From IMG/VR virus record IMGVR_UViG_3300020409_000022, positions 1 to 56,226 of that record: DNA of 56,226 bases. The stretch is one strand, 5' to 3'. Below, piece by piece: positions 7,150 to 17,614 of the stretch (position 1 is the stretch's first letter; each line of letters begins with the position of its first letter). A program made the position numbers and the translations under genes. This DNA comes from a virus (Duplodnaviria; Caudoviricetes). The notes beneath the pieces are model-generated. The model had not been told where the DNA came from and did no database searches. It worked only from the letters and a program-made list of their open reading frames with translations.

Positions 7150-8719
7150 ACAAGAAAAAGAGTTAGTAAAAGCAAAGAAACAGCAGAGAGCTGCTAAAAT
7201 AAAGTTAAATTTTGCTCAGCGTAAGATAGCAAATATAGCAAACGGAAGTGATGACAGTGAAATTAAAGAGAAAGCTACAGAGAGTTTACCTGAAACTTAT
7301 TATAAACAGGATGCACCAAGTAAAGAAATATTATTTAAACCAAACCCAGGACCACAGACAGAATTTTTAGCTGCGTCTGAAAGAGAAGTTTTATACGGAG
7401 GAGCTGCAGGAGGAGGAAAAACTTTTAGTTTAATAGTAGACCCTTTACGTTATTGTAACAATTCAAATATGAACGGCTTAATATTAAGACGTACAAATGA
7501 TGAGTTGAGAGAGATTATACATAAGTCCCAAGAATTATATCCAAAAGCATTCCCTGGGGCTAAATGGATGGAGAAGAAAAGCCAATGGACTTTTCCCTCT
7601 GGAGCAAGAATATGGATGACATACTTAGAACAAGAGAAAGATGTATTACGTTACCAAGGACAAGCCTTCACATATATAGGCTTTGATGAATTAACACAAT
7701 ATAGGACACCTTATGCTTGGGATTATTTACGCTCGCGTCTTAGAACTGCAGATACCTCCCTCCCAGTCTACATGCGGGGAACAACAAATCCAGGAGGACC
7801 AGGGCACTCATGGGTCAAAAAAATGTTCATTGACCCTGCTCCAGCGAATAAAGCGTTTTGGGCAACAGATATTACAACGGGGCAAACATTAAAATACCCC
7901 AAAGGACATTCTAAACAAAATCAACCTTTGTTTAAAAGAAAGTTCATACCTGCTAAACTTGTAGATAATCCATTTCTATATGAGCAGGGAGATTATGAAG
8001 CCATGTTGTTGTCTTTACCAGAGACACAACGTAGACAATTATTAGAAGGGAGCTGGGATGTTGCAGAAGGTGCGGCATTTTCTGAGTTTGATAGGAGATA
8101 TCACGTTAAAGAGCCATATCAAATTCCAGGAACTTGGCGAAAATTTAGGTCCTGTGATTACGGGTATTCTTCGTATTCTGCGGTCCTTTGGTTCACAGTT
8201 AATCCTGTGGATGAGCAAATTATTATATATCGTGAAATGTATGTTTCAAAGTATACTGCGAAAGATTTGGCGTTTGCTATCTTGGAAGCGGAAAAAGATG
8301 ATGGTCAAATTTCTTATGGTGTACTGGACAGTTCGTGCTGGCATAAGAGGGGAGATACGGGTCCTTCCTTGGCGGAACAAATGATTTCAGTAGGTTGTAG
8401 ATGGAGACCTTCCGATAGAAGTAGAGGTAGTCGTGTTGCAGGTAAAAACGAAATACACAGAAGATTACAAGTTGATGAAGATACAGAAGAGGCAGGCTTA
8501 ACTATATTTAACACTTGCACCAATCTTATATCTCAGTTACCTGTTATACCTTTAGATAAAAGTAACTCTGAAGATATAGATACAAAATCAGAAGACCACT
8601 TATATGATGCACTAAGATATGGTGTTATGACACGACCAAGGTCAAGGTCAATATTTGATTATGACCCAGCAAAGATTCCACAAACTTGGAATCCTGCAGA
8701 TAAAGTATTTGGATATTAA
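7079..8719 (+). CDS. terL: Terminase large subunit
   Basis: Walker A GGAAGGGKT, Walker B IGFDE, TTNPGG, nuclease motifs DYG and DHLYDALRY. Confidence 0.96.
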   Translation: MLNKNAVPPRPKLKATSKQKPLTKQEKELVKAKKQQRAAKIKLNFAQRKIANIANGSDDSEIKEKATESLPETYYKQDAPSKEILFKPNPGPQTEFLAASEREVLYGGAAGGGKTFSLIVDPLRYCNNSNMNGLILRRTNDELREIIHKSQELYPKAFPGAKWMEKKSQWTFPSGARIWMTYLEQEKDVLRYQGQAFTYIGFDELTQYRTPYAWDYLRSRLRTADTSLPVYMRGTTNPGGPGHSWVKKMFIDPAPANKAFWATDITTGQTLKYPKGHSKQNQPLFKRKFIPAKLVDNPFLYEQGDYEAMLLSLPETQRRQLLEGSWDVAEGAAFSEFDRRYHVKEPYQIPGTWRKFRSCDYGYSSYSAVLWFTVNPVDEQIIIYREMYVSKYTAKDLAFAILEAEKDDGQISYGVLDSSCWHKRGDTGPSLAEQMISVGCRWRPSDRSRGSRVAGKNEIHRRLQVDEDTEEAGLTIFNTCTNLISQLPVIPLDKSNSEDIDTKSEDHLYDALRYGVMTRPRSRSIFDYDPAKIPQTWNPADKVFGY

Positions 8720-8721
8720 TT

Positions 8722-10836
8722 ATGAATGAAGAAAATGATAATGTAGAAGAACTGGTGTTTGTCCCAGAGAATCCTAAGGATGAATTAGCTGCGTATGTAA
8801 ACGAAAAATTCAAGAACGCAGAAGACAGTAGACTATATGATGAGCAAAGATGGTTAAACTCTTACAGACAGTACAGAGGACTATATACATCTGAAACACA
8901 ATTTACTGAAACAGAAAAATCTAAAGTATTCATAAAGATAACTAAAACAAAAGTATTAGCCGCTTATGGTCAAATCATAGATGTTCTATTTGCAGGGCAA
9001 AGATTTCCGTTAGGGGTTGAAGCAACTAGAATACCAGATGGTGTAACAGAGGCTGTAAACTTTGACCCGAAGAATCCTGAGAGTGCCTTAAGCGAACTAG
9101 GTACAGTACATGGATTTCCTGGGGATGGCAGAGACATACCAAGAGGAGCAACTCAAGAATCATTGCAAAATGACATGATGCTTGGGGCTTTCTCTGATGA
9201 TTTAGAAGATATAAAAGATAAATTAAAAGCTGGTGCTGGATTAACACCAACAGCTCAAACATATTATCCTGCACAAAAAGCAGCCAAAAGAATGGAAAAA
9301 ACTATATTAGACCAATTAGAAGAGTCTAATGCTTCCAAACATTTAAGAACAGTTGCTTTTGAGATGGCATTGTTTGGAACAGGAATATTAAAAGGTCCTT
9401 TTGCTTTTGATAAAGAAAGAGCAAACTGGGATGAAGAAGGAAACTATTCACCAGAAACTGATACTGTACCAAGAGTAGAGTCTGTTTCTATATGGAATTT
9501 TTATCCAGACTATGATGCTAATAATATGTCTGAAGTAGAATATGTAGTAGAAAGACATAAATTAAGTTATTCTGAATTAAGAAACTTAAAGAAGCGACCC
9601 TACTTTGATGCAGAGGCTATAGATGAATGTGCTGAGATGGGATACAATTATGTCCGTAAATGGTGGGAAACAGATTTAAGAGATAACGAAACACAATATA
9701 ATGTAGATAGATTTGAAGTGTTAGAGTTTTGGGGTAACTTAGATAAAACAATAGCTGAAGCTGCTGGACTTGAGATACCTGATGAATATAAAGAAATGGA
9801 TACTCTACAAGTTAATGTATGGGTATGTAACAATAAAATACTTAGATTAGTTGTTAATCCTTTTACACCAAAACGTATTCCATACTGTGCGTCACCTTAT
9901 GAAATCAATCCTTATAGTTTCTTTGGTGTTGGACTAGCGGAAAACATGTCTGATACTCAAACACTTATGAATGGTTTTATGAGAATGGCAGTAGACAATG
10001 CTGTATTATCAGGTAATTTAGTTTTTGAAATAGACGAAACTAATTTAGTGCCTGGTCAAGATTTACAAGTATACCCAGGAAAAGTATTTAGAAGACAAGG
10101 GGGAGCTCCAGGGCAAGCTTTGTTTGGAACAAAGTATCCTAACGTAAGTACAGAGAACATGATGATGTTTGATAAAGCAAGAGCTTTAGCAGATGATGCA
10201 ACAGGCATACCTTCATATTCTCATGGACAAACAGGAGTGGCAGGCACAGGAAGAACTGCTGCAGGAATAAGCATGCTTATGGGAGCAGCACAACTTAGTA
10301 TTAAAAGTGTTGTTAAAAATTTAGATGATTATTTACTACAACCTTTAGGAGAGGCTTTGTTTGCTTTCAACATGCAGTTTGATTTTGACCCAGAAGCTCG
10401 TGGCGATTTAGAAGTAAAAGCCAGAGGAACTGAAAGTCTTATGAAGAATGAAGTTAGAAGTCAAAGACTTTTACAACTTTTACAAATGGCAGGAAATGCT
10501 GCAGTTGCACCATATTTAAAGATACCTGTTATATTACGAGAGCTAGGACATGCTATGGATTTAGACTCTGAAAAATTAATTAATGATGAAAGAGAAGCAT
10601 TTAAACAAGCAGAGATATTGAAAGCTGCAGGAGGCTTACCTCAGAAAGAACAACAAGCTCAAGGACTAAGTCCTAATGACCCAACAGGAGGAGGAGCAGG
10701 TAATATAGGAGTGGGACAAGCACCCGTTCCTGGAGAACAAGGATTTAGTGCTCCACAGAATCCTGCTCAACAGCAACCTCAAGAACCAGCCGCTGCTGCT
10801 CAGTTAGAACAATTACTTGGTGGTCTTAGGCAATGA
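8722..10836 (+). CDS. Portal protein
   Basis: 704 aa after TerL; ALFGTGILKG, FFGVGLAE, TGIPSYSHG podoviral portal motifs; Q/P-rich tail. Confidence 0.92.
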   Translation: MNEENDNVEELVFVPENPKDELAAYVNEKFKNAEDSRLYDEQRWLNSYRQYRGLYTSETQFTETEKSKVFIKITKTKVLAAYGQIIDVLFAGQRFPLGVEATRIPDGVTEAVNFDPKNPESALSELGTVHGFPGDGRDIPRGATQESLQNDMMLGAFSDDLEDIKDKLKAGAGLTPTAQTYYPAQKAAKRMEKTILDQLEESNASKHLRTVAFEMALFGTGILKGPFAFDKERANWDEEGNYSPETDTVPRVESVSIWNFYPDYDANNMSEVEYVVERHKLSYSELRNLKKRPYFDAEAIDECAEMGYNYVRKWWETDLRDNETQYNVDRFEVLEFWGNLDKTIAEAAGLEIPDEYKEMDTLQVNVWVCNNKILRLVVNPFTPKRIPYCASPYEINPYSFFGVGLAENMSDTQTLMNGFMRMAVDNAVLSGNLVFEIDETNLVPGQDLQVYPGKVFRRQGGAPGQALFGTKYPNVSTENMMMFDKARALADDATGIPSYSHGQTGVAGTGRTAAGISMLMGAAQLSIKSVVKNLDDYLLQPLGEALFAFNMQFDFDPEARGDLEVKARGTESLMKNEVRSQRLLQLLQMAGNAAVAPYLKIPVILRELGHAMDLDSEKLINDEREAFKQAEILKAAGGLPQKEQQAQGLSPNDPTGGGAGNIGVGQAPVPGEQGFSAPQNPAQQQPQEPAAAAQLEQLLGGLRQ

Positions 10837-11057
10837 TACAAGAGGTGGCTAAAGAACTACTAAAAGTAGTTAACGATAAAAAAACAATGGATGCTTTAGA
10901 AAAGTATATGAACTATAGAGTAGAGGAATTACATAAATTATTAGAGCAACAAGATAAAATATCTGATATTAATAAAGCCCAAGGAGCTATAAAAGAATTA
11001 CGTAGAATAAAAACACTACGTGAAGAAGTAATAGCAAAGGCAAGAAATGGAGCTTGA
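10833..11057 (+). CDS. Small helical protein downstream of portal
   Basis: ATGA overlap; AQGAIKEL motif typical of post-portal small proteins. Confidence 0.7.
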   Translation: MIQEVAKELLKVVNDKKTMDALEKYMNYRVEELHKLLEQQDKISDINKAQGAIKELRRIKTLREEVIAKARNGA

Positions 11058-13866
11058 TAATAGACCAGCATGGCTTTCAAGAGCTATGAATAAAAATACT
11101 CCTAGTAAAAATGGAGCTACTGTTCAAACAGCAAATGAGTATGTAAAAGATTTAGGAGGAGAGGTAATATATCCTACTTTGCGAATGGGTAAAGATGGGA
11201 AGTTACGTGATGCAGATATTGATGAAGCATTAGATAAAAAAGATTACATCTTAGTAAAAGGACCATTAGGTAAAAAAACAGCAGATAAAGCTGTAGCTAA
11301 ATCAAAACAAATAAGTAAACAAATAGGAATAGCCAGACAAATGAAACAGGGGGGCACAATGGCAAAAACAAAAAAAGCAAGAGCAGGATTAGGTATGTTA
11401 CCTATGACTAATAAACAAAGTAATCCAGTTGGTAACAAACGACAAACAGCACAAAAAATGCCACAAAAAGGGGCATCACCAAAAGTTATTGACCCAAGAG
11501 ACGAAGCCATAAAATTAGTATCTAAAAAATATGAGCAAGATAAAAAACAAGGATTAGTTGTACCTCCCCCAATGGCAACTGCACCAGTTCAAACAGCTCC
11601 TATGCAAACAGCGTTAGTGCCTATGCAACCAATGCAACCAATGGAAGAAGAAACTCCTACCCCTATGAAAAAAGGAGGAACAAAAACAAAAGAAGGTATG
11701 TCTGTAGTTATAGGTCTAGGCTCTGGTACACCTTCATATGAGCAAGCCTCTATGGGAGATACTCAAGACCCTCCTCCAGGTGCAACATCAGAAGAAGTTG
11801 CAGATGACCAACAAGTATTATTAAGTAAAGGAGAACTCGTAGTGCCTGCTAATGTAGTTCGTTATCATGGTCTTGGAACATATGAAGGGATGAGAAGAGA
11901 GGCTCTTATGGGCTTAAAACAAATGGAAGATGCTGGACAAGTAGAATATGTAGATGATGAACCTAAGAAAGCTCAAGCTGGTTTAGCTTTAGCATCAGGT
12001 CCCAGTGTTGCCACAACTCCAGGAATACAGCAACAACAACAGACTTATAATCCTGCACTAGGACAATTTGGAACTGCTACAACACCTCAAGCAGCTTCTG
12101 CCAAATTTATAAGAACCCCAGGATTTATAGATAGAAATAAAGATGGTATTGAAGATAGACTACAACCTAGCGTGACTGGGACAACGGGAGTTGTTCCTGC
12201 AGCATTTAGAAGTCCTGCAGCTTTAGCAACAGGTCCTGTTACTAATCCTAATATTGTTGTAGGAGCAGGTAATGTAGGAGCATATAAAGATGTTCAATCA
12301 GATGCTACAAGACCCCCTGGAGAAGAAACCACTACTCCTCCTCCTCAGAATAACCAAGGCATGGCGAGAAGAACTGCACCAGTGACTTCATCAGATATAT
12401 CTGGTTCAGACGATAATAATGAAATGGCAGAATTAGGTGGTGCTAGAGTAGATATCGGAGGTCAAGAGTATGCCATACAATATGATTTTAAAGGTAATGT
12501 TACTGGTCTTGCTAGTGTTAGTGATTACAGAAAAACAGGTAACATAAATTTTATTGAGCCTAGTGATGACATAAAAAATTCAATAGCTAAAATAAATCAG
12601 GGACAAAGAGCTTTAGCCAGAGGAATTGCTAGTCCTGTAATGAATGCCATGGGATTATTCAAAGATGATGCAGAGATAATTGCAACAGGAAAGAATGAAG
12701 TAGCAAAATTAAGAGGAAGTTCTTTTGAAAGTAAAACACAGGAAGCAGTTAAACAAGATGCTGCTGCTGCAGCCGATATAGCCGAAGAGGAAAAAGGTAT
12801 AGTTGGAGAAGCACCAACAGTTAAAGCACCTTCGTTAAATACCCAAGTTTCTAATTTACTTGATAAAGAAAAAGAAATACAAGTTGGTAGAGAACCTATT
12901 AAAGTAGAAGATTTAAAATCTCAAAATATTCCTGATTTTCGTTATGCTCCAGGAGATATAACAGGCAAGATAGGAGATGCTAAGTTAACTAAAGCAGAAA
13001 TGGATTTCTTAACAGGAAAAACAAATACCATAAAGGAAACAGACCCAACAGTAAAAAGTACATTAGAAAGACTAGAGGAGGTATATAGAAATAGAAGAGA
13101 ATCCCCTGAGGATATTATAGTTCCAACTGTTGAACAAGAGCCTAGAAATAGATATGGACAAACTAAAGAAGAAGAAAGAAAAGGAGTTGAAATAGGTTTA
13201 TCAAGAGGGTTTAATCCAGAGACTGTAGCTCCAGGAACAGCAACAAATGCAGCTTTAACTGGTAAAGGGTATAGTCCATCGGGTGCTGCACCTAGAGGTT
13301 CTCAATTTAGTGCGACAGGAGTATTTAGTTCTGGTAGTGATGATGATGACGATGGTGGAGTTGGAACTTCTGGAGATTTAGGAGGAGCAACAGGTGCAGG
13401 TAGAACAGGAGAAGGCACTGAAGGAGTAGAAGGTGTTGGAGGCACACAAACTGCTGAAGAGACCACAGTAGACCCAACTAAAGGAAAAGATTTGAGTAGA
13501 ACATTCGCAGATGATGCAGCTACATCTGACACTGGTGGAGGAAAAATAGTTTGCACAGAAATGTATAGACAGACTCAACTTGATGATTGGGCACAAGCTA
13601 TGAAGATATGGTATGTGTATCAGAAAAAATACTTGACAAGCACTCACCAAGTAGGTTATCATTGGTTATTCAAACCTTTTGTTAGTGGCATGAGAGTTAA
13701 TAACGTACTAACAAAAATTGGTGCTTACTTCGCAAAAGAAAGAACAAAACATCTAAGACATATTTTGACAAAGGGCAGAGCCAAAGACAGTATTGTTGGC
13801 AACATCTTTTGTAAAATAATACATCCTATAGTTTACTTAGCAGGATGTGCAATCCGTAAAAAATAA
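11047..13866 (+). CDS. Large low-complexity multi-segment virion-associated protein (939 aa)
   Basis: Between portal and scaffold; DD-x3-LSKGELVVPA motif; xxxGG motifs; C-terminal KIVCTEM domain. Confidence 0.8.
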   Translation: MELDNRPAWLSRAMNKNTPSKNGATVQTANEYVKDLGGEVIYPTLRMGKDGKLRDADIDEALDKKDYILVKGPLGKKTADKAVAKSKQISKQIGIARQMKQGGTMAKTKKARAGLGMLPMTNKQSNPVGNKRQTAQKMPQKGASPKVIDPRDEAIKLVSKKYEQDKKQGLVVPPPMATAPVQTAPMQTALVPMQPMQPMEEETPTPMKKGGTKTKEGMSVVIGLGSGTPSYEQASMGDTQDPPPGATSEEVADDQQVLLSKGELVVPANVVRYHGLGTYEGMRREALMGLKQMEDAGQVEYVDDEPKKAQAGLALASGPSVATTPGIQQQQQTYNPALGQFGTATTPQAASAKFIRTPGFIDRNKDGIEDRLQPSVTGTTGVVPAAFRSPAALATGPVTNPNIVVGAGNVGAYKDVQSDATRPPGEETTTPPPQNNQGMARRTAPVTSSDISGSDDNNEMAELGGARVDIGGQEYAIQYDFKGNVTGLASVSDYRKTGNINFIEPSDDIKNSIAKINQGQRALARGIASPVMNAMGLFKDDAEIIATGKNEVAKLRGSSFESKTQEAVKQDAAAAADIAEEEKGIVGEAPTVKAPSLNTQVSNLLDKEKEIQVGREPIKVEDLKSQNIPDFRYAPGDITGKIGDAKLTKAEMDFLTGKTNTIKETDPTVKSTLERLEEVYRNRRESPEDIIVPTVEQEPRNRYGQTKEEERKGVEIGLSRGFNPETVAPGTATNAALTGKGYSPSGAAPRGSQFSATGVFSSGSDDDDDGGVGTSGDLGGATGAGRTGEGTEGVEGVGGTQTAEETTVDPTKGKDLSRTFADDAATSDTGGGKIVCTEMYRQTQLDDWAQAMKIWYVYQKKYLTSTHQVGYHWLFKPFVSGMRVNNVLTKIGAYFAKERTKHLRHILTKGRAKDSIVGNIFCKIIHPIVYLAGCAIRKK

Positions 13867-13929
13867 TTATGGATTAGAAACTAGCTACTTATCCCCCAAT
13901 AATGGCTACGATAACCCTAGGAGAAAAAC

Positions 13930-14796
13930 ATGGCTGATATGGCTGTAAAAAAAGAAATTAAAAAAGAACCTATAAAATATACAAGAAATGATAATAAAGA
14001 AGAAGAAACATTAAATGCTTTAGTTAAAGAAAGAGACGAAGCTCTTGGCAAAGCTAAAGTTGAGGAAGAAGATAAGGCAGAAACCGAATCTCTTGCTCCA
14101 GAAGAAAAAACTTTTAAAAAGAGGTATGGTGACTTACGTAGACACTCTCAAGAAAAAGAAAAATCATATCAAGATGAAATATTTAAATTAAAAGAACAAT
14201 TAGCACAAACTGCTAAGAAAGAAATAAATTTACCAAAGTCTGATGAAGAAATAGATAAATGGTCACAAGAATATCCAGATGTTGCAAAAATTGTAGAAAC
14301 AATAGCTACAAAGAAAGCAAAGGAATTAGATACAACTCTTGAGGACAGGATGAAAGTTCTTGCAGATAGGGAAGCCGAGGCGAGCCGTGCTCGTGCAGAA
14401 GCAGAACTTATGAGAATACATCCAGACTTTGATGATATTAGAAATGACCAAGAGTTCCATGACTGGGTTGAAACACAACCTAGATGGGTACAACAGGCAT
14501 TGTATGAAAATGAAACAGATTCTAAATCTGCAGCAAGAGCTATAGATTTATATAAAGTAGATATGGGTATAACAGCTACTGCAAAGAAAAAGACTGATAA
14601 TAAAGAAGCTGCTAAAGCAGTTACAAAAGGCACAACCTCAAGTCCTGCAAATTCAAAAAGCACTCAGTCAAATCAAATCAGAGAATCTGATGTAGCTAAA
14701 ATGAGACCCCACGAATTTGAGAAAAACGAAGAGATGATAAAAGAAGCAATACAGTCTGGTAATTTTATATATGACATGACCAGACCTGGTGCTTAA
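13930..14796 (+). CDS. Capsid scaffolding protein
   Basis: AGGAG SD; acidic coiled-coil; FKKRYGDLRRH and HPDF...FHDWV motifs; precedes major capsid. Confidence 0.85.
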   Translation: MADMAVKKEIKKEPIKYTRNDNKEEETLNALVKERDEALGKAKVEEEDKAETESLAPEEKTFKKRYGDLRRHSQEKEKSYQDEIFKLKEQLAQTAKKEINLPKSDEEIDKWSQEYPDVAKIVETIATKKAKELDTTLEDRMKVLADREAEASRARAEAELMRIHPDFDDIRNDQEFHDWVETQPRWVQQALYENETDSKSAARAIDLYKVDMGITATAKKKTDNKEAAKAVTKGTTSSPANSKSTQSNQIRESDVAKMRPHEFEKNEEMIKEAIQSGNFIYDMTRPGA

Positions 14797-14804
14797 AATT
14801 TTTC

Positions 14805-14833
14805 TTTACTTTTTTTCATTTGTATGATATAAA
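14805..14833 (+). promoter_or_regulatory. Promoter for the major capsid gene
   Basis: TTTACT (14805-14810), 17-nt spacer, TG-A-TATAAA (-10 at 14828-14833). Confidence 0.65.
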
Positions 14834-15012
14834 ATGTATAAATAGTAGCCCGTCTTTGTGACGACCACCTACTTTTACATTTTTCACGAATTTTATACTA
14901 ATAAAAACTACCTAGTCTGAGTTTGCCCCTCTATGAGGATACCAAATGGAAGCTAGCCTTTTGATTGTGTATGTAACTCGTATTTAACCAACTATTAGCC
15001 GAGGAGGAAACT

Positions 15013-16086
15013 ATGGCTTTCAAAACTGCGGCTGGATACGGGAATCTACCTAATGGCAATTTTAGCCCTATTATTTATTCCCAAAAGGTTCAGCAGGCTT
15101 TTCGTAAGACCTCTGTTGTAGAGTCAATCACTAATAGTGATTACTTTGGAGAGATTGCGAACTATGGTGATACTGTCAAAATTATTAAAGAGCCAGAAAT
15201 CACTGTAAAAGAATATGCTCGTGGAGTTAATATTCAACCACAAGACTTAGATGATGAGGATTTTTCTCTCGTTGTCGATAAAGCAAACTATTTTGCTTTT
15301 AAAGTAGATGATATCGAAGAAGCACACAGTCATGTAAACTTTGAGTCTTTAGCATCTGATAGAGCAGGCTACAGACTAAGAGACCAACATGACCAAGAGA
15401 TTCTTGGATATTTATCTGGTTTCAAGCAATCATCATTAAATACTGTTGCTGGAACTGCTAATGACACAGTAAGTGGCACAAAAGCAGTATCAACTGCAGG
15501 TTCTGATGAATTGTTAACAAGCATGAAGCTAAGAAAAGATAGCTTTGGTAACATCACTACTTCAAGTGCTGGAGACCACTCTATTCCGTTAGCTCCAAGA
15601 ATGCCAGGTGCGACAGCACAGGCTACAGCAACTGCTACACCATTGCAAGTCATTGCAAGAATGGGCAGATTGTTAGACACACAGTTTGTCGATTCAGATG
15701 GTAGATGGCTAGTTCTACATCCAACTTTCGTTGAAGTTTTAAAAGATGAAGATTCAAGACTTTTAAATGCAGACTTTGGCGAGTCAGGTGGATTGAGAGC
15801 AGGTTTAACTATTGGCAGAATACATGGTTTTGATGTATATATGTCAAATAACTTACCTTCTGCTGGTACAGGACCTGGGACATCAGGTTCAGCTAACCAA
15901 AATACAAACTTTGGTGTTATCGTAGCAGGTCATTCTTCAGCAGTGGCAACAGCTTCTCAGATAACAAAAACAGAGTCTTACAGAGACCCTGATTCATTTG
16001 CAGATATCGTAAGAGGTATGCATTTGTATGGCAGAAAGATTCTTCGACCAGAAGCAATCGTAACTGCTAAGTATAACGTAGCGTAA
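15013..16086 (+). CDS. Major capsid protein (HK97 fold, P22/T7-like)
   Basis: GAGGAGG SD; FSPIIYS, GEI..YGDTVKI, FADIVRGMHLYGRKILRPEA. Confidence 0.95.
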   Translation: MAFKTAAGYGNLPNGNFSPIIYSQKVQQAFRKTSVVESITNSDYFGEIANYGDTVKIIKEPEITVKEYARGVNIQPQDLDDEDFSLVVDKANYFAFKVDDIEEAHSHVNFESLASDRAGYRLRDQHDQEILGYLSGFKQSSLNTVAGTANDTVSGTKAVSTAGSDELLTSMKLRKDSFGNITTSSAGDHSIPLAPRMPGATAQATATATPLQVIARMGRLLDTQFVDSDGRWLVLHPTFVEVLKDEDSRLLNADFGESGGLRAGLTIGRIHGFDVYMSNNLPSAGTGPGTSGSANQNTNFGVIVAGHSSAVATASQITKTESYRDPDSFADIVRGMHLYGRKILRPEAIVTAKYNVA

Positions 16087-16097
16087 GGGAGATATAA

Positions 16098-16628
16098 ATG
16101 GCAACTTTTGATTTAACCTCAAAAGATACTACTGGTGTATCTTCTGATTCTATTGTGGCTATGCCATCATCTAAAAATACTAATGTGATGAGAAATATTG
16201 AGGCTTACCTTGATATTGATGCATTAGTAGCAGCAGGTGGTAGCTTTTCAGACGGAGATGTCTTTCAGGTGTTAGAAATCCCTGCAAACACTTTAGTTCT
16301 AAATTCAGGTGCAGAAGTAATGAAAGCATTTACTTCAAGTTGTACTCTTGATATGGACTTTGGTGGTGGTGATGACATTATTGATGGTGCAGATATAACC
16401 TCCACAGGTTTTTGTGCAGCAGGAACTAATGGTCAAACTAACACTGTTGTAGGAAGTGCAGCTTCAACGTATACTCAATTTATTACATCAACTGATACTA
16501 TTGATTGTACTATTGCAGGTGCTGCTCCAGCTACAGGCAGACTTAGAGTCTATGCAACTGTTATTGATTTAGCAGGTCATGGATTAGACGATAAGCCAGA
16601 CGAAGTCGATAGAGACCAGTTAGCATAA
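16098..16628 (+). CDS. Putative capsid decoration / minor capsid protein
   Basis: Directly after major capsid and before a terminator; beta-rich; GDVFQVLEIPANTLV. Confidence 0.7.
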   Translation: MATFDLTSKDTTGVSSDSIVAMPSSKNTNVMRNIEAYLDIDALVAAGGSFSDGDVFQVLEIPANTLVLNSGAEVMKAFTSSCTLDMDFGGGDDIIDGADITSTGFCAAGTNGQTNTVVGSAASTYTQFITSTDTIDCTIAGAAPATGRLRVYATVIDLAGHGLDDKPDEVDRDQLA

Positions 16629-16639
16629 CTTAACTTAAC

Positions 16640-16670
16640 GGGTGGCGGGTAATACTGCCACCCTATTTTT
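16640..16670 (+). terminator. Intrinsic terminator after capsid genes
   Basis: GGGTGGCGG...CTGCCACCC stem followed by TATTTTT. Confidence 0.85.
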
Positions 16671-16675
16671 ATATC

Positions 16676-17614
16676 ATGGCAGAAACTTTTCTTACATTAA
16701 CCAATAGCGTATTAGCACGATTAAATGAAGTTGAACTAACTTCATCAAATTTTTCTAACGCTAGAGGTATACAAGTGCAAGCAAAAAATGCTGTCAATGA
16801 AGCAGTACGTTATATAAACCAAAAAGAATTTAGTTATCCTTTTAATCATGCTACTAATACTAGCACGTTGGTTCCTGGAACATTTAAATACAGTGTTCCT
16901 ACATCAACTAAACACATAGATTATAACACAGCAAGAATAGTAAAAAACACCGATTTAGGAGTAGGAGGCAACAGTTTAACACCTCTTACTTATAATCAAT
17001 ATATAGCCGATAATGTAGAACAAGAAGATGAAATAGATACAACTACATTAGATGGGACTTTAACAGATTCAGCCACGACTGTAACAGTGGCAAGCACATC
17101 AGGGTTCGATAGCTCTGGAACATTATTCATTGAAAATGAACAGATAACCTATACAGGAACAACTTCTACTACTTTTACAGGGGCAACTAGAGGTGCTAAT
17201 AGTACAACAGCAGCAGCTCACAGCAGTGGAACACAGGTAGCTCAGTTTAGTGGTGGAGGAATCCCCACACATATAATTAGAACTTTGGACAATAATTATA
17301 TTCTTTATCCTTTCCCAGATAAAGCGTACACTTTGAAGTTTGATTATTTCACTTTTCCAACTACAATGTCAGCACACGGAGATACTACAACAATACCAGA
17401 TAGGTTTGCACCAGTTATAGTGGATGGTGCTACATCTTATGTTTATCAGTACAGAGGTGAAATAGAGCAATATCAATTAAACTTTGCAAGATTTGAACAA
17501 GGTATAAAAAATATGCAGACTTTACTTGTTAATAAATATGAGTACGTAAGGTCTACAGTTGTCCTAAGACCAGCTACAATGGCTGGATATTTTAGCACAG
17601 AAACGACAACATAA
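16676..17614 (+). CDS. Head-tail adaptor / tail tubular protein A-like, with inserted beta domain
   Basis: FLTLTNSVLARLNE N-terminus, YPFPDKAY, IPDRF; Thr-rich insert. Confidence 0.75.
   Translation: MAETFLTLTNSVLARLNEVELTSSNFSNARGIQVQAKNAVNEAVRYINQKEFSYPFNHATNTSTLVPGTFKYSVPTSTKHIDYNTARIVKNTDLGVGGNSLTPLTYNQYIADNVEQEDEIDTTTLDGTLTDSATTVTVASTSGFDSSGTLFIENEQITYTGTTSTTFTGATRGANSTTAAAHSSGTQVAQFSGGGIPTHIIRTLDNNYILYPFPDKAYTLKFDYFTFPTTMSAHGDTTTIPDRFAPVIVDGATSYVYQYRGEIEQYQLNFARFEQGIKNMQTLLVNKYEYVRSTVVLRPATMAGYFSTETTT

Noticed and set aside
16060-16100. T7-style frameshift extending the major capsid protein
   Set aside because: No slippery heptamer near the stop; the next gene has its own SD (AAGGGAG)
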